This document shows positions 39,437 through 49,616 of a DNA stretch of 64,000 nt, one piece after another (within the stretch, counting starts at the first letter, position 1; every line of letters begins with the position of its first letter). This DNA comes from a bacterium (GTDB lineage Bacteria > Zhuqueibacterota > Zhuqueibacteria > Residuimicrobiales > Krinioviventaceae): assembly GCA_963674595.2 (NCBI GenBank), contig CAXXFV010000023.1:768001-832000 (forward strand), in the 5' to 3' direction. Position numbers and translations under genes: made by a program. Below the pieces are notes generated by a model, which was given only the letters and a program-made list of their open reading frames with translations, searched no databases and was not told the origin of the DNA.

Positions 39437-39679
39437 CATCATGATCCAAAACTTCTTCTGGCCTTTGGATACCCATCCAGCTACACCTGAACCTGCCCTC
39501 GTCTCCAAGGCCATGGGAAATACCAGGGAAGCCTCAGGAGACATATCCTGCTGTCCAGGGATGGCCTTTCACGTCCTTGTTGATTTTATTATCTGAGGTA
39601 TAGGGAAAAAGTGATTCCATCATCTAATTTCAGTGGTAAAATTTAAACTTAGCTGATACTTAATACAGTGGAGGCAGTA

Positions 39680-40288
39680 ATGAAAAAGATTATCTTTTGC
39701 CTGTTTAGCATCCTTGTTACTGGAACAATGGCCCATGGTGGAGACGGGCCCTTTGGTCTTGAAATGGGTATGAGCCTGGAGGAAGTAACAACTGTGTTGG
39801 GTGAAGCTCCGACCCCATACCCGCAAGTAGGGGAAAAGACACTTCCTCACGGATACAAAGTCTGTGCCGCTAAAACACCTCCCGAGCTCGAATCGTTCAT
39901 CCTGACCATCACTCCCAAAACCGGCTTATGCGAGATTTATCTCCGAACAGGCAATTTTTCCAAAATGCCTGCAGATATGAATAGTCCTGATCCAAGGGAT
40001 GTTTATCCAAAACTGGTGGATATGGTTTCTTCTAATTATGGAGATCCAGTTAAGGGAGCAGAAATCCCGGAAGGAGAGGATCTGTTTGAAGGGGAACCTC
40101 TCGACCTGTCAACAGTCTGGAAACCTGGCAAAAATGGAATTGAAAGCATTACCCTGGGTTGGGTTCCGACGTCAGAAGCAGGCAGCAATATGAATATATT
40201 GTATGTTTTCAACAATAGGGCTATGGCCATTGAGGAATACCGGCAGAAGGACTTTCTCTCTGATATAGAAAAAGAAGTTAAGCCATGA
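39680..40288 (+). CDS. Hypothetical exported protein
   Basis: RBS ggagg; MKK signal peptide; GPFGLEMGMSLEEV N-terminal motif. Confidence 0.75.
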   Translation: MKKIIFCLFSILVTGTMAHGGDGPFGLEMGMSLEEVTTVLGEAPTPYPQVGEKTLPHGYKVCAAKTPPELESFILTITPKTGLCEIYLRTGNFSKMPADMNSPDPRDVYPKLVDMVSSNYGDPVKGAEIPEGEDLFEGEPLDLSTVWKPGKNGIESITLGWVPTSEAGSNMNILYVFNNRAMAIEEYRQKDFLSDIEKEVKP

Positions 40289-40380
40289 GATAAAGCCTTA
40301 TCCCTTTCTTGCTGATCCACGCGCGCTCCAGTACCTATTAGTCCTGCGAAGATCATATCCCCTTCGCTGAATTCAGGGGG

Positions 40381-40471
40381 AAATCCGAAGCACTAAATCC
40401 GAAATCCGAAAAGGATTTTCAGCCGGCAGAAATCTCACATATGTAACCTTCGGATTTCGAGTTTCGGATTT
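40381..40471. repeat. Inverted heptamer arrays (AAATCCG / CGGATTT)
   Basis: aaatccg aagcact aaatccg aaatccg aaa ... ttcggatttcgagtttcggattt; related array near 46301-46350. Confidence 0.75.
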
Positions 40472-40568
40472 ATAATTTTCCGCCGGAGGCGGACGAAATT
40501 CCCGGTTCAGAATCTCAAATGCGGATTTTCCCCCTTTTTTTTATAAATCCGGAGTTTATAATGTTGCT

Positions 40569-41954
40569 ATGATCGATATTGATAATAAGCTTACCCCCCG
40601 GGACCTTGCCCCGCTGTTCCCGGGCTTCTGGGAGTGTTCCGGCGACAAGCTGCGCTCCATAGAAGATAACTTCGATTTTACAAAAGGCTCTCCGGTTTTC
40701 ACTGTCAAGGGAGCCTACACAACCCGGGGCTGGACCGACTGGACCATGGGATTCCTTTATGGATCGGCCCTGCTGCAGTTTGAAGCTGCCAGGGACCGGG
40801 AATTCCTGGACATGGGGATTAAAGGTATCCTGGAAAAAATGCCGCCCCACCTCACCCACACCGGGGTACATGACCACGGATTCAACAATGTAAGCACCTA
40901 TGGAAACCTGCGGCGCCTGCTGAGAAACGGGATCCTGCCCGAAAACGAATGGCAGCTGAGATTCGCGGAACTGGCCCTGAAATGCTCCGCCTCCGTGCAG
41001 GCAGCACGCTGGACATCAACCGGGCCACTGGGTTTTATCTACTCTTTTAACGGGCCCCATTCCCTCTTCGTGGACACCATCCGAACCCTGAGAGTACTGG
41101 CCCTGGGGTGGATACTCGGCCATCGTCTTTACGGTGAGAATGACCGGCAGATATCACTCCTGGAAAGACTGGTCTCTCATGCCAGGATGACTGCCCTCTA
41201 TTCAGTTTTCTACGGGGAAGGCAGAGATTTGTACGACACCAGGGGGCGGGTTGCCCATGAATGTATTTTCAACACGAATGATGGAAACTTCAGGTGTACC
41301 AGTTCTCAGCAGGGTTATTCAAACCATTCCACCTGGACCCGGGGCCTGGCCTGGGCCATCACCGGCTTTTCAGAAATTCTCGAGTTTTTACAGATTGTCC
41401 CTGCAGAAGAATTGTCAGATATCGGGGAAAAAGTGGGAATTGAAAGCCTAATGCTGAAAGCCGCCCTGGCTACCGGCGATTTCTATATCAATTTTACCCC
41501 TGCTGACGGAATTCCCTACTGGGATACCGGCGCCCCCGGCCTGCATAACATCGAAAACTACCTCGATAAAGCTGCTGATCCATTCAATAAATTTGAGCCT
41601 GTGGATTCCTCCTCCGCGGCCATTGCCGCCCAGGGCCTGCTCCGGCTCGGCAGGTATGTCAAACTGAAAGGGCTGAGTGAATTGGGGGACAAATACCGGC
41701 AAGCCGGACTGAAAGTAACCAGCACGCTGCTCCGGGAACCATATTTGTCCAAAAATAAGGACCACCAGGGCCTGATCCTCCATTCCACCTACCACCGCCC
41801 CAATAACTGGGATTACATCCCTGAAGGACAATCGGTGCCCTGCGGCGAATCCAGTATGTGGGGCGATTACCATGCCAGGGAACTTGTTATGTACCTGGAA
41901 CATATGCTCAGGGGTTCAAACATGACATTCTGGGGAGAAGAGACTTATGGGTAA
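40569..41954 (+). CDS. GH88-like (unsaturated glucuronyl hydrolase-like) alpha/alpha-barrel protein
   Basis: WTMGF, HDHGF, STWTRGLAW, IPYWD, DSSSAAIAA, WGDY. Confidence 0.82.
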   Translation: MIDIDNKLTPRDLAPLFPGFWECSGDKLRSIEDNFDFTKGSPVFTVKGAYTTRGWTDWTMGFLYGSALLQFEAARDREFLDMGIKGILEKMPPHLTHTGVHDHGFNNVSTYGNLRRLLRNGILPENEWQLRFAELALKCSASVQAARWTSTGPLGFIYSFNGPHSLFVDTIRTLRVLALGWILGHRLYGENDRQISLLERLVSHARMTALYSVFYGEGRDLYDTRGRVAHECIFNTNDGNFRCTSSQQGYSNHSTWTRGLAWAITGFSEILEFLQIVPAEELSDIGEKVGIESLMLKAALATGDFYINFTPADGIPYWDTGAPGLHNIENYLDKAADPFNKFEPVDSSSAAIAAQGLLRLGRYVKLKGLSELGDKYRQAGLKVTSTLLREPYLSKNKDHQGLILHSTYHRPNNWDYIPEGQSVPCGESSMWGDYHARELVMYLEHMLRGSNMTFWGEETYG

Positions 41955-42717
41955 AGTAGCATTGATAACAGGCGGCACCCGGGGCATCGGGCTGGGCATA
42001 TCCACGAAACTGGCCCAGGTGGGCATAAACCTTTGCCTTTGCGGAAGAAAACCGGCCGAAGAGGTCTATGAGACCATTGATGAGTTGAAAAAAATCGGCG
42101 TTAATGTTCTGTACATACCTGCCGATGTGTCCTCCACCGGTGACAGGCTGCACCTTCTCAATTCCATAATCAGGCATTACGGCAGGCTCGATATTCTTGT
42201 CAACAATGCCGGAATTGCACCCACCGAAAGAAAGGACCTCCTGGAGGCCAGTGAAGAGAGTTTTGAAAACGTGATGCGGGTCAACCTGCAGGGGCCCTAT
42301 TTTTTAACCCAGATAACAGCCAGGTACATGGCAGAACAAAAAAAGGCATTTCCTGAATTCCAGGGATGTATTATCAATATTTCATCGATTTCAGCGGAAC
42401 ACGCTTCAGTTAACCGGGGAGAGTATTGCATTTCAAAGGCTGGAATAGCCATGGCCACCAAATTGTGGGCAGCCAGGATGGCGGAATTCAACATACCGGT
42501 ATATGAAGTGCGTCCCGGAATCATCAAAACCGACATGACCTCAGGAGTTACGGAAAAATATGACAACCTGATTGCGGAAGGACTCATGCTGCAAAAAAGA
42601 TGGGGACTTCCCGAAGACATAGGAAAAGCCGTGGCCGCACTGGTTACCGGCTCATTCCCCTACTCCACAGGCAGTGTTTTCATGGTTGACGGCGGGTTCT
42701 CCGTACCAAGACTGTGA
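41947..42717 (+). CDS. Short-chain dehydrogenase/reductase (3-ketoacyl-ACP reductase-like)
   Basis: TGGTRGIG, NNAG, YCISK. Confidence 0.93.
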   Translation: MGKVALITGGTRGIGLGISTKLAQVGINLCLCGRKPAEEVYETIDELKKIGVNVLYIPADVSSTGDRLHLLNSIIRHYGRLDILVNNAGIAPTERKDLLEASEESFENVMRVNLQGPYFLTQITARYMAEQKKAFPEFQGCIINISSISAEHASVNRGEYCISKAGIAMATKLWAARMAEFNIPVYEVRPGIIKTDMTSGVTEKYDNLIAEGLMLQKRWGLPEDIGKAVAALVTGSFPYSTGSVFMVDGGFSVPRL

Positions 42718-42785
42718 AAGCAGGGGTCGAATGGCCTTTGATGAACGAATACGGTTTTCGAACGGCACGGCAACTGCAACCACTC

Positions 42786-43166
42786 AAGGCCGGAGGCCTG
42801 ACATGATTTAGCCCAGGCCGAAGGCGTAGCCGTAGCCTTTGCCCTGGGTTGACGGCCATCACCAAAACCAACAAAGCTCCGGAGGAGCGAAACCGTCATC
42901 CTCACCCAAATCTGTAAATCAATTACTCATGAAGATGTCCAGGGAACATCGAAACGATTAGGAAACTAAAATTATGCCAAAATCCCTTATCCAGCGGTCA
43001 TGAGATGAAATAAAACTTTTTCTAATCACTCTGTGCCGCTCTTCCAGAGCTCTCTCCTCATAGACCGGCCTTTTTCCCCAGGGTTCCGCCGACTTCGCAA
43101 CGGCTCCGCCATTTCTCGTCTAGGCTCCACCCTGGGCTATGGCCTGACGCACCTGCCGGCGCTGAA
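42786..43166. repeat. Two REP-like composite units in inverted orientation
   Basis: aggccggaggcc...tagcccagg...gccctgggt...gctccggaggagc, and ctgtgccgctcttccagagctc (reverse complement of 38304-38325 with 1 mismatch)...ccctgggcta...gcacctgccggcgctgaa. Confidence 0.7.
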
Positions 43167-43182
43167 AATGCAGGTTAAACGC

Positions 43183-44805
43183 CTAAAACGCGTTCCAGGT
43201 GTGGAGGATTTCGCCTTCCAGAGTAAGGATCCTGATCGTTGCCGGCCGGCCTTTTCCCCAGCCCTCCCCCATTACCAGCTCATCAATTCCATCTCCGTCG
43301 ATATCAACAGCTGAAAGGTTAGCCCCGCAAGAGCCCTCGCTCTCCCAGGGGACCATGTCCCTGACCGGGCTCCAGCCCCGGCCGTGGGAGAACACCTTGA
43401 TCCATGGGGGATAGCCCCGCAAAGGGCCTGGGGACACTGCTATACCCCAATCACCATCGCCCAGCTGCACCAGGGACAGGTTAATTCCGAAAGTTGTCGG
43501 AAGAGTTTCCAGAATTTGCAGATCTTCTCCGTTAGTAGCTGAGACAGCCACACTGGAAGGATTGACGGAAATCCCATTTCCCCACCTGATCAGCTGTGGG
43601 TCAGGCCCGGGCCTGACAACTCCCCTTAATCCATTCTGGAACAGCAGGTCATCAGTTACCTTACCGTCAGGCAAAAGCCATTTGCGGACAGGGACTCCGG
43701 CGGCAGTATATTCCGCTACCACCCGGGGAGCCCGGGGCCCGGGGCCAGGCCCCAGGAAAACACTGCCGCCGGAGGCATATACCCAGGCACCATATGATTC
43801 CGGAAAATCAGGATCAGTGATCAAAAATTCTCTTAAAATATCCCCGGAAGTATTAAAAACTCTCACTAAGGGAGGATTAACCTGCCCCGGCCCCGGTACG
43901 GCTATGATCTCGTCGCCCGGCCCGAAGCCGACATCCCCGACCGAAATCATGGCAGAGAAATCATATTCAGGGAATGCTGTCCATTCAGATAAAATTTCTC
44001 CCCGCGGAGAAAAAAGCCGGATATGGGAATTATTGCCCCGGTCAGGGCCGGGAACCGCGGCAATAAACGGTGACCGGCTGCTTCCATATCCGGCTGCCAC
44101 GGTTACACCATCTCCATAAGCCTCAAAACGGAACCCTCCAGGGCCGACCTGCAGTCCCCCCATTACCCCCGCCTTCAGAAAGAATGAGAGACACAGGCCC
44201 AGAAAAAAATGGGAGATCCAGGCCCAGAAAAAACTAGGCTGCCCGGTGTAAATCAGGCACCAGAAAAAAGCGGCGGCAAATGTCACCATGACAAAAACGG
44301 GTGAGGGAAAATGGAACAGTGAGAAGGCTGCTGCTGATAAGAGTGATGACAGGATTCTGGTACGCCGGCTCAGGGATTTTCCGGCCCGGGCTTCCCCCCA
44401 TTCTCCCTGGCTAGAAAAGATGATCAGCGAGAGCCGCAGAAAAAAATTCTGCAGCGCATATTGCTGAACTGCCGCCCAGGCCAGGTACCCGGGAGCCTCC
44501 GCCGTTATCTTCAGGTTCCAGTCCGGATTATTCCATCCGGCGGCGGCAATGCCCAGACATCCGGCAATAGTCAGGGCTCCATACCACTTGCCGGCTCGAA
44601 GAAAATACTTAAACCCAAGGCCCAGCGAATCCAGGTCAGGTTTAAAGAGAATGTGGGAAAGAAGTATCAAGCCGAGACAGGTTGCTTCTACCAGAATCAG
44701 CACCGGAAAATGCTGATAGCTGTATCTCCCCGCCCATAAATAATAGAGCAGGGACGCGGTAAACAGCCCCAGCATTAACAGCGCCTGTATCTTCTTATTT
44801 TTCAA
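43183..44805 (-). CDS. CPBP/Abi-like membrane domain fused to FG-GAP-like repeats
   Basis: About 7 TM helices with QQYALQ, FSLFH and ISH motifs; C-terminal GDVGFGPGDEIIA and DIDGDGIDELV repeats. Confidence 0.75.
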   Translation of the reverse strand: MKNKKIQALLMLGLFTASLLYYLWAGRYSYQHFPVLILVEATCLGLILLSHILFKPDLDSLGLGFKYFLRAGKWYGALTIAGCLGIAAAGWNNPDWNLKITAEAPGYLAWAAVQQYALQNFFLRLSLIIFSSQGEWGEARAGKSLSRRTRILSSLLSAAAFSLFHFPSPVFVMVTFAAAFFWCLIYTGQPSFFWAWISHFFLGLCLSFFLKAGVMGGLQVGPGGFRFEAYGDGVTVAAGYGSSRSPFIAAVPGPDRGNNSHIRLFSPRGEILSEWTAFPEYDFSAMISVGDVGFGPGDEIIAVPGPGQVNPPLVRVFNTSGDILREFLITDPDFPESYGAWVYASGGSVFLGPGPGPRAPRVVAEYTAAGVPVRKWLLPDGKVTDDLLFQNGLRGVVRPGPDPQLIRWGNGISVNPSSVAVSATNGEDLQILETLPTTFGINLSLVQLGDGDWGIAVSPGPLRGYPPWIKVFSHGRGWSPVRDMVPWESEGSCGANLSAVDIDGDGIDELVMGEGWGKGRPATIRILTLEGEILHTWNAF

Positions 44806-44846
44806 AAATCACCTGTCGGAATTAAATCATTCGGGCTGCCCGGGAT

Positions 44847-45902
44847 TCACTGCAATGCGCCCCTGGCATCAACATTCCATGTCTTTTCAACCCTGCCCTT
44901 CCGCACCCCGACGACCTGGTTAAACAGGTTATTACATACACAGCAGTGATTCGGAAGGATGGTTACCCTCTCCCCGATCTCGGGCTTCCTGCCGCAGGAG
45001 GAGAAATCGACATTGCCATGCTCTTCAGAGAGGGCGTATATCCTGGCTTCCGGGTATTCAAGAATCAACCCATACCCATCCTGCCCCAGGAGATCAGAGG
45101 AAAGAGCCTTGCTTCCGGTATCCAGGATTCCCCTGTCAGCGGTTGGCCTGCTCACCACAGTGGCGCGGACATGAAACGCACATTCATCCAGGTTGTGGGT
45201 TCCGGCCTCCACAGTGTAGCGGTCTCCGTAAACGTAGGTCCCAACCCTGTATTCAGTAATCTCCTTGTAGTTGTGGACGTGCCAAAGCTGTGGACTCCCC
45301 CCGGCGGATACCTTTTCAAAACTGATGCCAGGAAAACTCCTGGTTTCCCGGACAAAGGTATCAGTATTCCTGTTCACAGGGTAGGTCATCAGGCCGTCGA
45401 AAATCAGCCCGGGAGATCCCTTGATTATTGCTGCCAGTTCCGCTGCTTCAGCGGGAGTCTGTACTCCGCACCGGCCGGAGCCGGTATCAAACTCTACTGC
45501 AACCGGGAGTTTAATCCCGCTGGCCTCGGCAGTTCTTGAAAGGCCTTGCACCGTTACAGCGGAATCAGCCGTAACGCTCAACTGGATCTTCTTTGCCAGC
45601 AAGGCCATCCGCTCCAGCTTGGCAGCTCCCAGCAGATTGTAGGGCAGGAATATGTCGCCGATGCCTCCGTCAGCCATTATTTCCGCTTCAGAAATCTTCT
45701 GGCAGGTTATGCCCTTTGCTCCGGCATCCATCTGCATCTTGGCAATCACCACATTTTTGTGGGTTTTGATGTGGGGGCGGCTGATCAATCCAATTTCATC
45801 AAGATAATTCTGCGCCTTTCTGATATTGGCTTCCAGTTTATCCATGTCCACGATAGCCGCGGGTGTATCAATCTCGGATATCTTCTGGTTAATAATATTC
45901 AT
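44847..45902 (-). CDS. PLP-dependent D-threonine aldolase / D-serine dehydratase (DSD1) family enzyme
   Basis: DTPA, RPHIKTHK, GRCGV, SEEHG, PNHCC. Confidence 0.92.
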   Translation of the reverse strand: MNIINQKISEIDTPAAIVDMDKLEANIRKAQNYLDEIGLISRPHIKTHKNVVIAKMQMDAGAKGITCQKISEAEIMADGGIGDIFLPYNLLGAAKLERMALLAKKIQLSVTADSAVTVQGLSRTAEASGIKLPVAVEFDTGSGRCGVQTPAEAAELAAIIKGSPGLIFDGLMTYPVNRNTDTFVRETRSFPGISFEKVSAGGSPQLWHVHNYKEITEYRVGTYVYGDRYTVEAGTHNLDECAFHVRATVVSRPTADRGILDTGSKALSSDLLGQDGYGLILEYPEARIYALSEEHGNVDFSSCGRKPEIGERVTILPNHCCVCNNLFNQVVGVRKGRVEKTWNVDARGALQ

Positions 45903-46057
45903 GAAAATTATTGTATCTCGAAGACTCTTTAATCGCCAAACTGGATTTGCCCGGCAGTCTCCTGTTTTTCATTCCCACGAACGCAGTTCTCCTGATCTGC
46001 ATAACTCGCGGTTCGTATTTTGGTGTTCTCCCCTTCAGGATTTTGGGTGTTCAATCA

Positions 46058-46089
46058 GGGGGTCGGGGTCAGGGTCGGAATCGGAATCG
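46058..46089. repeat. Hexamer array (GGGGTC/GGAATC)
   Basis: ggggtc ggggtc agggtc ggaatc ggaatc; reverse complement of the 13766-13802 type. Confidence 0.7.
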
Positions 46090-46386
46090 TTTATTTTTGA
46101 GAAACGATCGTTATTTCCGGAAATAAAACCTGTTTTTCCTTTTGTACCGGCAGCACTCCCTTCGGCTCATTGCATCCCCTACCGATGGTCCACCTTCCCC
46201 TAATGATTGTCCCGTTCTGACTCTTTCGGTTCGCAACTATCCCGGGTCCTGGCGGACCGGAAGCAAGGCTGCTTCCGACTACAACCCGCCGATGGCGGGG
46301 AAACCCGAAGCACTAAACCGGCAGCACTAAATTCAAAAATCCGAAATTCATTCGGCATTCGCAATTCACAGTTCGACCTTTCCCTT

Positions 46387-48267
46387 TCACCCTTTCATGA
46401 AATATCTTTCTACCATTTCCTGACTGGGCCTTTCCGGATCGAATTTCGAGACCAGGATTCCGATCAGAAAGGAACTGAACAATCCCCACATTACCGGGTG
46501 CAGTCCCAACAGATCCAGCCGTATTCCCCCGAATACTGTCGGGGCAAACATCAGCAGGCATACGGCCAACCCGCCCACGAATGCGCTTATGGCCCCAACC
46601 CGGGTTGTGCCCTTCCAAAAAAGGCTCAGGCAGATCGGTGCCAGGAAAGCGCTGGCAAAACCACTGCTGGTGAATACCACTATGTATTGGAGAAAATCAA
46701 TCTGCTGGGTGGCTCCAATGGTCACAATAACTCCGACAGTTACCGTAGTACAATAGCTGATCCACTTGGTCTTACGTTCACTTATATCCGGGTTTATGCT
46801 TCTCTGGTAAAAATCCCTGACAATTGCTGAGCTGATCATCAAGAGAAAACTGTCTACCGTGGACATGACAGCCGCAAAGGGGGCTGCCACAAAAATCGCT
46901 GCCAGCACCGCAAAAAATGGCCCCATGTCTCCCACGATCCTGGTTGCCACCAGGATCATGGCTTTGTCCGCGGCCTCTGGCGGTACGTAGGGAAGCAGTA
47001 CCTTGGCCGAGGTAAATATAAGAACCAGGGGAATATAAATCAGGGTGAAATAGAAACAAACAATGATAATCGCCCGGCGCAGGGAACGGCTGTCCTTAAA
47101 GGCCATCAGCCTGATCATCATTCCCGGCTGTCCCATGGCTACAATGGCCCACATGACAAAGTAGGACATAGCCAGGCCCAGAGGATGAAACGGCAGCCCA
47201 TTCGATTTTCGGCCCGGTCCGAACATGTACTCCCCGCTTCCAATAAACCAGGTCTTTTCCATTGGTTTAACAATCCCGCTTCCATCGTTGTCATAAGCGA
47301 GAACCACATCTTCCAGGAGTGCTGAAATCCCGGGGTCACTGATGATTAGGCCCCTGATTTCATCAGCCGTTGTCACTACATTCCCGCTCCGGTCAGCTTC
47401 AAGGATCACTTCAAGCCATCTCTGTCCGCCGGAATCCCGTACAACTGAAACACAAGGTGAATTGACTTCGCTTCCAGAAGGGAAAAGATAATACACTCCC
47501 TGTAAATCATCTTTGGAAAAGTCATCACTCCGGAGAAACGCCAGGTCGTTATTCTCTCCGCTGATGGAAGTCACCGCAGCAGCGGGCTGCGACATTACCC
47601 GTTTGGCGGCATTATCCAGGCCTCCTACATGGGAAATGACAACCGGACACAGCAGCACAACACCCAGGCCCATCACCACTCCCTGCATCACATCTGTCCA
47701 GACCACCGCCCTAAAGCCTCCAAAGGAGGTATAGACAACAACAACAACAGAGAATATCAGGAGTCCAACGATGTAGCCCCATGAGGAAGGAAAATTGAAG
47801 GTCTCTTCAATTATAATTGCGCCGGCCTTGAACTGCGCGACCAGGTTGCAGGTTGTAAAAAAGGCTATCGCCAGCGCGGCCATGAGACCCAGCGCCGGAG
47901 AATCAAACCTGTCCCTCAAAACGTCCGGGACCGTGATAGCGCCTGTTTTCCTGGCTACCTGGTTAAGCCTCTTTCCCAGAATCCCCATTGCTGTTAGCGG
48001 ATAGATCATATAGCTGGCAATCCAGAATGCAAGAACCCATCCATAACTGTAAATGAGAGCGGGAAATCCAATATAGCTTCCGGCTGAGGTGGCGGTCGCG
48101 GCAAAGGCAAAGGCCAGGGTCCAGCTCTTCATGCCCCTGCTCCCAAGAAAATACTCGCCCATGAATTCCCGGTTTTTCATAACCTTGTGAGAAATCAGGG
48201 CCAGTAACAGGACGCCCATAATATAAATAACAAAAGCTGCTGTTGTAATTGGGTTGGTTTCAGCCAT
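46387..48267 (-). CDS. Sodium:solute symporter (PanF/PutP-like) with a large loop insertion
   Basis: EYFLGSR, SAGSYIGFP, GGFRAVVWTDVMQG, AAVMSTVDS; preceded by a YhdT-like small gene. Confidence 0.9.
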   Translation of the reverse strand: MAETNPITTAAFVIYIMGVLLLALISHKVMKNREFMGEYFLGSRGMKSWTLAFAFAATATSAGSYIGFPALIYSYGWVLAFWIASYMIYPLTAMGILGKRLNQVARKTGAITVPDVLRDRFDSPALGLMAALAIAFFTTCNLVAQFKAGAIIIEETFNFPSSWGYIVGLLIFSVVVVVYTSFGGFRAVVWTDVMQGVVMGLGVVLLCPVVISHVGGLDNAAKRVMSQPAAAVTSISGENNDLAFLRSDDFSKDDLQGVYYLFPSGSEVNSPCVSVVRDSGGQRWLEVILEADRSGNVVTTADEIRGLIISDPGISALLEDVVLAYDNDGSGIVKPMEKTWFIGSGEYMFGPGRKSNGLPFHPLGLAMSYFVMWAIVAMGQPGMMIRLMAFKDSRSLRRAIIIVCFYFTLIYIPLVLIFTSAKVLLPYVPPEAADKAMILVATRIVGDMGPFFAVLAAIFVAAPFAAVMSTVDSFLLMISSAIVRDFYQRSINPDISERKTKWISYCTTVTVGVIVTIGATQQIDFLQYIVVFTSSGFASAFLAPICLSLFWKGTTRVGAISAFVGGLAVCLLMFAPTVFGGIRLDLLGLHPVMWGLFSSFLIGILVSKFDPERPSQEMVERYFMKG

Positions 48268-48646
48268 TTGTTGTCCCGTCTTCGCTTTTGTTAACCAAAC
48301 CCTCTCCGCCCAGGTCATCATCTTTCATATAGAAAGTACAGAAAAGCCAGGTGATGACAATGCAGAGAAACCAGGGAACAACAATGGCGTAAAAAACCCA
48401 GTCTGGAATGCCCAGTCCCAGGGGAGTTGTCAGGGACGAAGGGTCCCGGTTAAATGACTCCAGGGGACCGATAAATTCTTCTATTGTCAACCCGCTGGAT
48501 ATTCCGGCTGGTTCATGGCTGGTATAGCCGTACAGGTAGGAGACAACAATGGAATAAGTGCTGAAAAAAAGCCAGATAAAAAATATCAGGATCGCTTCCC
48601 TTCTGCAATTCAGGTAAACACTATCCATTAAGTTTTTGCCAGTCAC
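48260..48646 (-). CDS. YhdT/DUF997-like small membrane partner of the symporter
   Basis: RREA...TM...GIPDWVFYA...TM...YMKDDDL; overlaps the symporter start. Confidence 0.75.
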   Translation of the reverse strand: MTGKNLMDSVYLNCRREAILIFFIWLFFSTYSIVVSYLYGYTSHEPAGISSGLTIEEFIGPLESFNRDPSSLTTPLGLGIPDWVFYAIVVPWFLCIVITWLFCTFYMKDDDLGGEGLVNKSEDGTTNG

Positions 48647-48709
48647 AAAACACCTTCAGTAAATGAAAAAAAGAGGGATCCAGCAGGCTTCCGGAAAAAC
48701 ACAAACCTG

Positions 48710-49237
48710 TCACGGTGCAAGTTCGGCCAATCGGCGGGCTGCCTCTATTGAAGCGCTGTAGTCAACATGGGAATAGATATCATCACAATACTCTACATGG
48801 CCTAAAATATTCATTTCATCCAGGATAAACACGGCCCTTGATAACAGCCTTAATTCCTTGATCAGGACTCCGTATGCCCTGCCAAAGCTGGCCTCCCTGT
48901 AATCTGAAAACATGTAGAATGAGTCTACCTTGGAAAGCGTGCACCAACGGTCCTGGGCAAAAGGAAGATCCATGCTGATGGTATAACACCTGACCCCATT
49001 AATCTTGGCGGTTTCCTCGCTGAAACGTTTGGCCTGGGTAGCGCAGATAGGGGTATCAAGTGAAGGGACAACGCTGAAAATCTTTATCCTGCCTTTTATG
49101 TCCTTAAATGTCACTGGTTTCAAAGCAACATTAACCACGCTGAAATCAGGAGCCCGGTCCCCAACTGCAAGTTGCGGCCCGATTAATGTTTGTGGGTTTC
49201 CTTGTATTTTTACTGCGCCAGGTCTTTCAATGTTCAT
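48710..49237 (-). CDS. tpx: Thiol peroxidase (atypical 2-Cys peroxiredoxin)
   Basis: VPSLDTPICATQ, SMDLPFAQDRWC, LLSRAVF. Confidence 0.95.
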   Translation of the reverse strand: MNIERPGAVKIQGNPQTLIGPQLAVGDRAPDFSVVNVALKPVTFKDIKGRIKIFSVVPSLDTPICATQAKRFSEETAKINGVRCYTISMDLPFAQDRWCTLSKVDSFYMFSDYREASFGRAYGVLIKELRLLSRAVFILDEMNILGHVEYCDDIYSHVDYSASIEAARRLAELAP

Positions 49238-49616
49238 CTATAAATCACTCCCTCTTTTTGAATTCAGCAATTAATTCTAAAGAAAATTCTCCAAAGGTGA
49301 AACCTCTTTCCAAAACCAGCGTCTTATACTTTATAAGAAAGTGAATAGTTCAACCAGCAGGAATCCGTGGCTAATATTTGATCAAATCGCACTAACTACT
49401 GGAAGAATTTGAAAGAACTGAGTATCCGGAACATTAAACTAAAAATAATTTTTATCGGAAAGATAAAAAAATAAAAAAAGTTCTATAGATTTTCAGTGAA
49501 GTGTGTTATAAATGCTTATTCTCGATTTCCAAGAGACTATTCGCTGTGCATTTCGCACAACCATCACATATTGTTCGAGTTAATTTTTTTAAATCTATTA
49601 AGGAAATATTTTTACC

